Source of the DNA: Marsupella aquatica
Taxonomy: Eukaryota; Plantae; Marchantiophyta
Assembly (NCBI GenBank): GCA_973895155.1
Contig: OZ316892.1
Span: forward strand, 16,296,357 to 16,360,356
Reading direction: 5' to 3'
DNA: 64,000 nucleotides
The notes beneath the pieces are model-generated. The model was not told the DNA's origin. It saw only the letters and a list, made by a program, of their open reading frames with translations, and did no database searches. Position numbers and translations under genes: made by a program. Below are positions 60,637-64,000 of this stretch, in pieces (the first letter of the stretch is position 1; every line of letters begins with the position of its first letter).

Positions 60637-63115
60637 TGTCTGGGGAACCGTTAATGGCGGTATGAAATACTAGTTTCTTACATATTTTAGGGACTTTCTT
60701 ACTTTCTTTTAATCACATGTGTTTCAGTTTTCTTAATGTGTTTCAATCCAGGTTAAGAGGTTCTATTTGGCATAATTTTTCCTTTTGTACTTTAGCTTCT
60801 TTTAAACAAACAATTTTCTCTATTCAATCATTCTATTCCTTATTGGTTCAAGCTAAGGTGTTTTTTGTTTTGTTTTGTAGATAGTAGATGGTTTAACAAA
60901 ATTTGTTTTAGTTCACTCGTTAAAATCAATCATGTCATATTAAATTTCAACTCTTATTCTTATTCCTTGTTTTCAGGATAGCTAGAATTCACTCAATCTA
61001 TTCACAACACTTTTGCAACATCCAAGATTTTTCAGAAACACTCTTCTTTATTTCTTCTCCTTTTTATTCATTTTAAACCCTTTTAAGGTTTTAAAATTAC
61101 AACATCTTTGTAGTCTACAAAGTCATTATTGTCGGCTCTTCCTCATATGGGCCTCGACTCAGCTCAGGTCAGGTCTCCAGGTCAGGTTCAACTTCTTATT
61201 CACGGTTGCTTAGCTAATCATCAATTGTTAACCCAAGGCGCTACACAATTTCATTCGTCGTCTTGCCTCCTTCTCAGCTTCTCTTTCCTCCTCCTTAAGC
61301 ACCCCATAATTCTTTCTCCCCTGGCCCTTCTCCTTGTCTTCCCAATCCCAAAGGAGGAAAAAATTTCTCCTTGTCATCTCTACTTTCTTCCTCTAGTTAT
61401 AATTTATTAACTTAAGTCTGGTCCCCTATCCTTAAATTAAGTTCTTAAATGTATTTCTCCAGTCTTCCGCTTATCCGCTGATGTATTCTACCTCTACAAT
61501 CAGTTCAAGACGTTTGGCACCACATTTGGTCCAATTCCTTTCTTCTTGTTCAGACTGTCTATCCCCTTCGCTAGAGTGTTCCTTACTTTAATTTTCAGTG
61601 AGTTCCGTTCCTTTTCCCTCAACCTGACTCTTTTTTTCTCCCGAACTCAGCCTTCAGTGCAAATTTATTTCCTTGCCTCCGAATTTCTTTCCTCCCGATC
61701 ATCTTCCACAATTCCATCACCTATCGCTCCTTGCCGTCCACAAAATTAAACCTCCCACATCATCGTTCAGCAGCAACGTTCTTAGAATTCATTCTCGGAT
61801 CTTTATCACATGTTCTTTTCGCTTTGATCTCCAGTCCTCTTTACCTTCATCATAGCTCAGACTTTCAGCACACATGTTTTATTTTGTTTTTCCACCATGA
61901 CGAAGCTCTGCCGTTTTCCTTCCTGAATCTCAATCTGATCTGTTCACTCGAGAAAAGTCCTCAAACGATAACAACGAAAGTCAAGCTTCTCCAATGCCGT
62001 TTCTCAGTCTGTACTTTGATCTTTATGAGCTTCTATGCTCCTGCCATCAGCGCCCGACCCCAGCCTCTAAGACCTTTCTCATTGCAGCAAAGCTTACTCC
62101 TTCAACGTTCGGCAACATTTCCTTCTCATTTGTTCACAAAAAAACCCTTCGATAATCACCACAAATCACTGCCCACAATCGGCCGTTTCCTTTTCCCCAT
62201 TCTCCTTCCACGTTTCGCCGCTCGCGCCCTTGTCTCCTTCTCCTTCCAAAATTCCTTTCCAGTTCTCTGATTTTTGCCTTAACCGACAAGCGCGCCACTG
62301 CCTTCCTTGATTACAATCAATTCCCCGTCTTTGGCTGAATCACTCCCCTTTTCTTACGAGCTCTCAAACGCACCTCCACTTCCCTTTGTCTTCTCCTTGC
62401 CTTTGCCTCGAGTCTGAGCAAACATTCGGCTTCTTTTCTCGCTCAAACGCTCTTCCAAGGCTTCCTGCTTCCGATACTGTAACTCCCTATCACTTTAATT
62501 CTTTCCTTGATGGCTCTTCTGCTTGACGCGGATGCTCACACATCTCAATCTCTCTTTCTCCCTGGATCACTCAATTTTGCATCATCGCTCCTTCTTCCCT
62601 GATCCCTTTTTCGATTGACTCCCTCCGCCTTCACCCAAAAAATTCCCAAGACCTCAACACTCCATCAACACTCCACTTCGGCTGAATCTCACTCCTTTTT
62701 CTCTCTGAACTCCTTGGCACACACACATGACTCCCCGCCCATCACCACAGCTATGCTCGATCAGCCATTTTCTTTCCTTCGCTCCCTTCCCTTTTTCACC
62801 AAAAACTTGATAACTACTCCACACCTCCTTTTGGCCGTTTCTTCCTCCTTATTCACTTCCATTCCCATCCGCGCGTCAACTCAAACTGCCCCTTATGCCC
62901 GAGCGCACACAAGCTTCCACGTGTCATCTTCTCACAATTCTGTCATTAAAGCCCTTTTAAGCCTTGGCAAAACTGGTTCCTCTATTTTTCTTTTGTCTTA
63001 TTACTTTTTTCCCACTACAACAAAAATCTCACCCAAATTGAATTCCTTCACCAAATACCTCCAACTCAAAAATAAGGCCTTCACTTCCCCTCCTCTATTA
63101 TCCATCCCGACGACA
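60637..63115. mobile_element. Unrelated 2479-bp insertion, probable solo LTR of a third family
   Basis: TGTC...GACA termini and 4-bp TSD GCGG (60633-60636, 63116-63119). The family-A LTR is continuous across the site. Confidence 0.75.
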
Positions 63116-64000
63116 GCGGAAGAAGCGTTGGGGGCGTCCATTGAGGATCAACCACCGCTACCATGACGGTGGTGGAGGGCCGCTCCTTTTAAGGAGGGCG
63201 GACGTGGAGGGAGGAGGCATGAGTGGGCAGGGTGGGCTCAAATCTCCAAGTTTAGAATTAGGATCATGACCAGGAGGCGGCCCTGACACTTAGATTAGTG
63301 GGATTGCGGATCCACTGGTAAGAGCAACACTTGTGCTCCTGCCTCGCTGTACATAGGTAGATTAGAGTTAGGTAGATTAGGCTTACGCTGCAAAGAATTA
63401 GGAGGATTCACTGCCAGGATAAGTACCTGGGCTGCGGGGAGTTCAGGGCCTTCTTCTTTAGCAAGTTTTTAGTGCACCAGCAGGGCTAGGATCAAGTAGT
63501 AAAAGAAGCTCTCGATTAGTTATACTGTGACCCTTGTGTATATTCATGTTTCCTCATGCCTAAGAGAAGAATAGAGTTGGTCTCACGGCTTAGTTCGCAG
63601 ATCTTGTGTATGAGAAGTACTGTTTGTATGGCAAGTGCATGGTATAACTCAGTCAGAAGGAGTCATTTTGCTATTTGTGTGTCGCATTAACTTGTTTGAA
63701 GATTGCCCACATCAACCAAGAGAAGGGAGTAAGCAAGGTAGTAAGAGTTGAATGTGTCAAGCTGAGAGAGGTCTTAGCGGCTTACCCAAGCCAGTTGGGG
63801 ATCATTCCGGCGGCAGAATCCAAACATACCTAAAGGAAGACCAAGAGAGGAGACCAAGGGAAGATATAGAAGAGGCCGGCTATGTATCTCATGACCCGAT
63901 GAAAGATCTGTCCAGTAGATGTGTGTAAAATGTTAGTAGAAGGAGGTTAGAGCGTCCCATGCCGCTAAGCCGCAAAACCGGCCTTGCCAAGGGCAAAACC

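Larger units (their letters stand above)
52205..64000 (+). mobile_element. Family-A 3' LTR, copy 2 (pieces 52205-55771, 60414-60636, 63120-window end)
   Basis: Starts TGTGATGCCTAG after the PPT. Colinear with the solo LTR once the two nested inserts are removed. Confidence 0.88.

Noticed and set aside
60637-63115. Ginger-type DNA transposon (TGT ends, 4-bp TSD)
   Set aside because: The inverted match extends only 4 bp and no integrase is visible.
61013-63166. Plus-strand F/S/L-rich ORFs
   Set aside because: Expected from pyrimidine-rich composition, which lacks stop codons.
1-64000. Family-A LTR copy 1 and copy 2 as the 5' and 3' LTRs of one element
   Set aside because: The copies are visibly diverged with indels, and no PBS follows 38266.

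Overview
This window is eukaryotic DNA, most likely from a land plant; a non-seed plant such as a bryophyte, lycophyte or fern is my inference from the element types. It is made almost entirely of nested transposons and contains no intact ordinary host gene. (1) A Ty3/Gypsy family-A LTR (1-38266) is split by a full-length non-chromovirus Gypsy element B (2258-36636; ~4-kb LTRs, AAGAG TSD, tRNA-Asp-type PBS). The gag of B is in turn split by an 18-kb CACTA element (9337-27403, AGT TSD). That CACTA carries an EDM2-type PHD-finger ORF, a tandem-BRCT gene and a captured RPL18a exon. (2) A 13-kb TIR element (38300-51337) carries a decayed Sola-like DDD transposase. Transcribed divergently from it are two uninterrupted cargo genes: a ~1400-aa fusion of a ParB-like domain with a beta-class N6A/N4C DNA methyltransferase-like domain, and an FCP1/NIF-like HAD phosphatase. 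Arrays of one 25-bp palindrome fill the predicted introns. This element is the best candidate for an undescribed system. (3) The 3' end of a family-A element (integrase, PPT, LTR from 52205) has its LTR interrupted by an inverted family-A solo LTR (55772-60408, ATCCA TSD) and by an unrelated TGTC..GACA insert (60637-63115, GCGG TSD). Both Gypsy families carry a long, homologous, sense-strand gene inside the LTR itself. All domain calls come from recognising motifs by eye; no searches were run.
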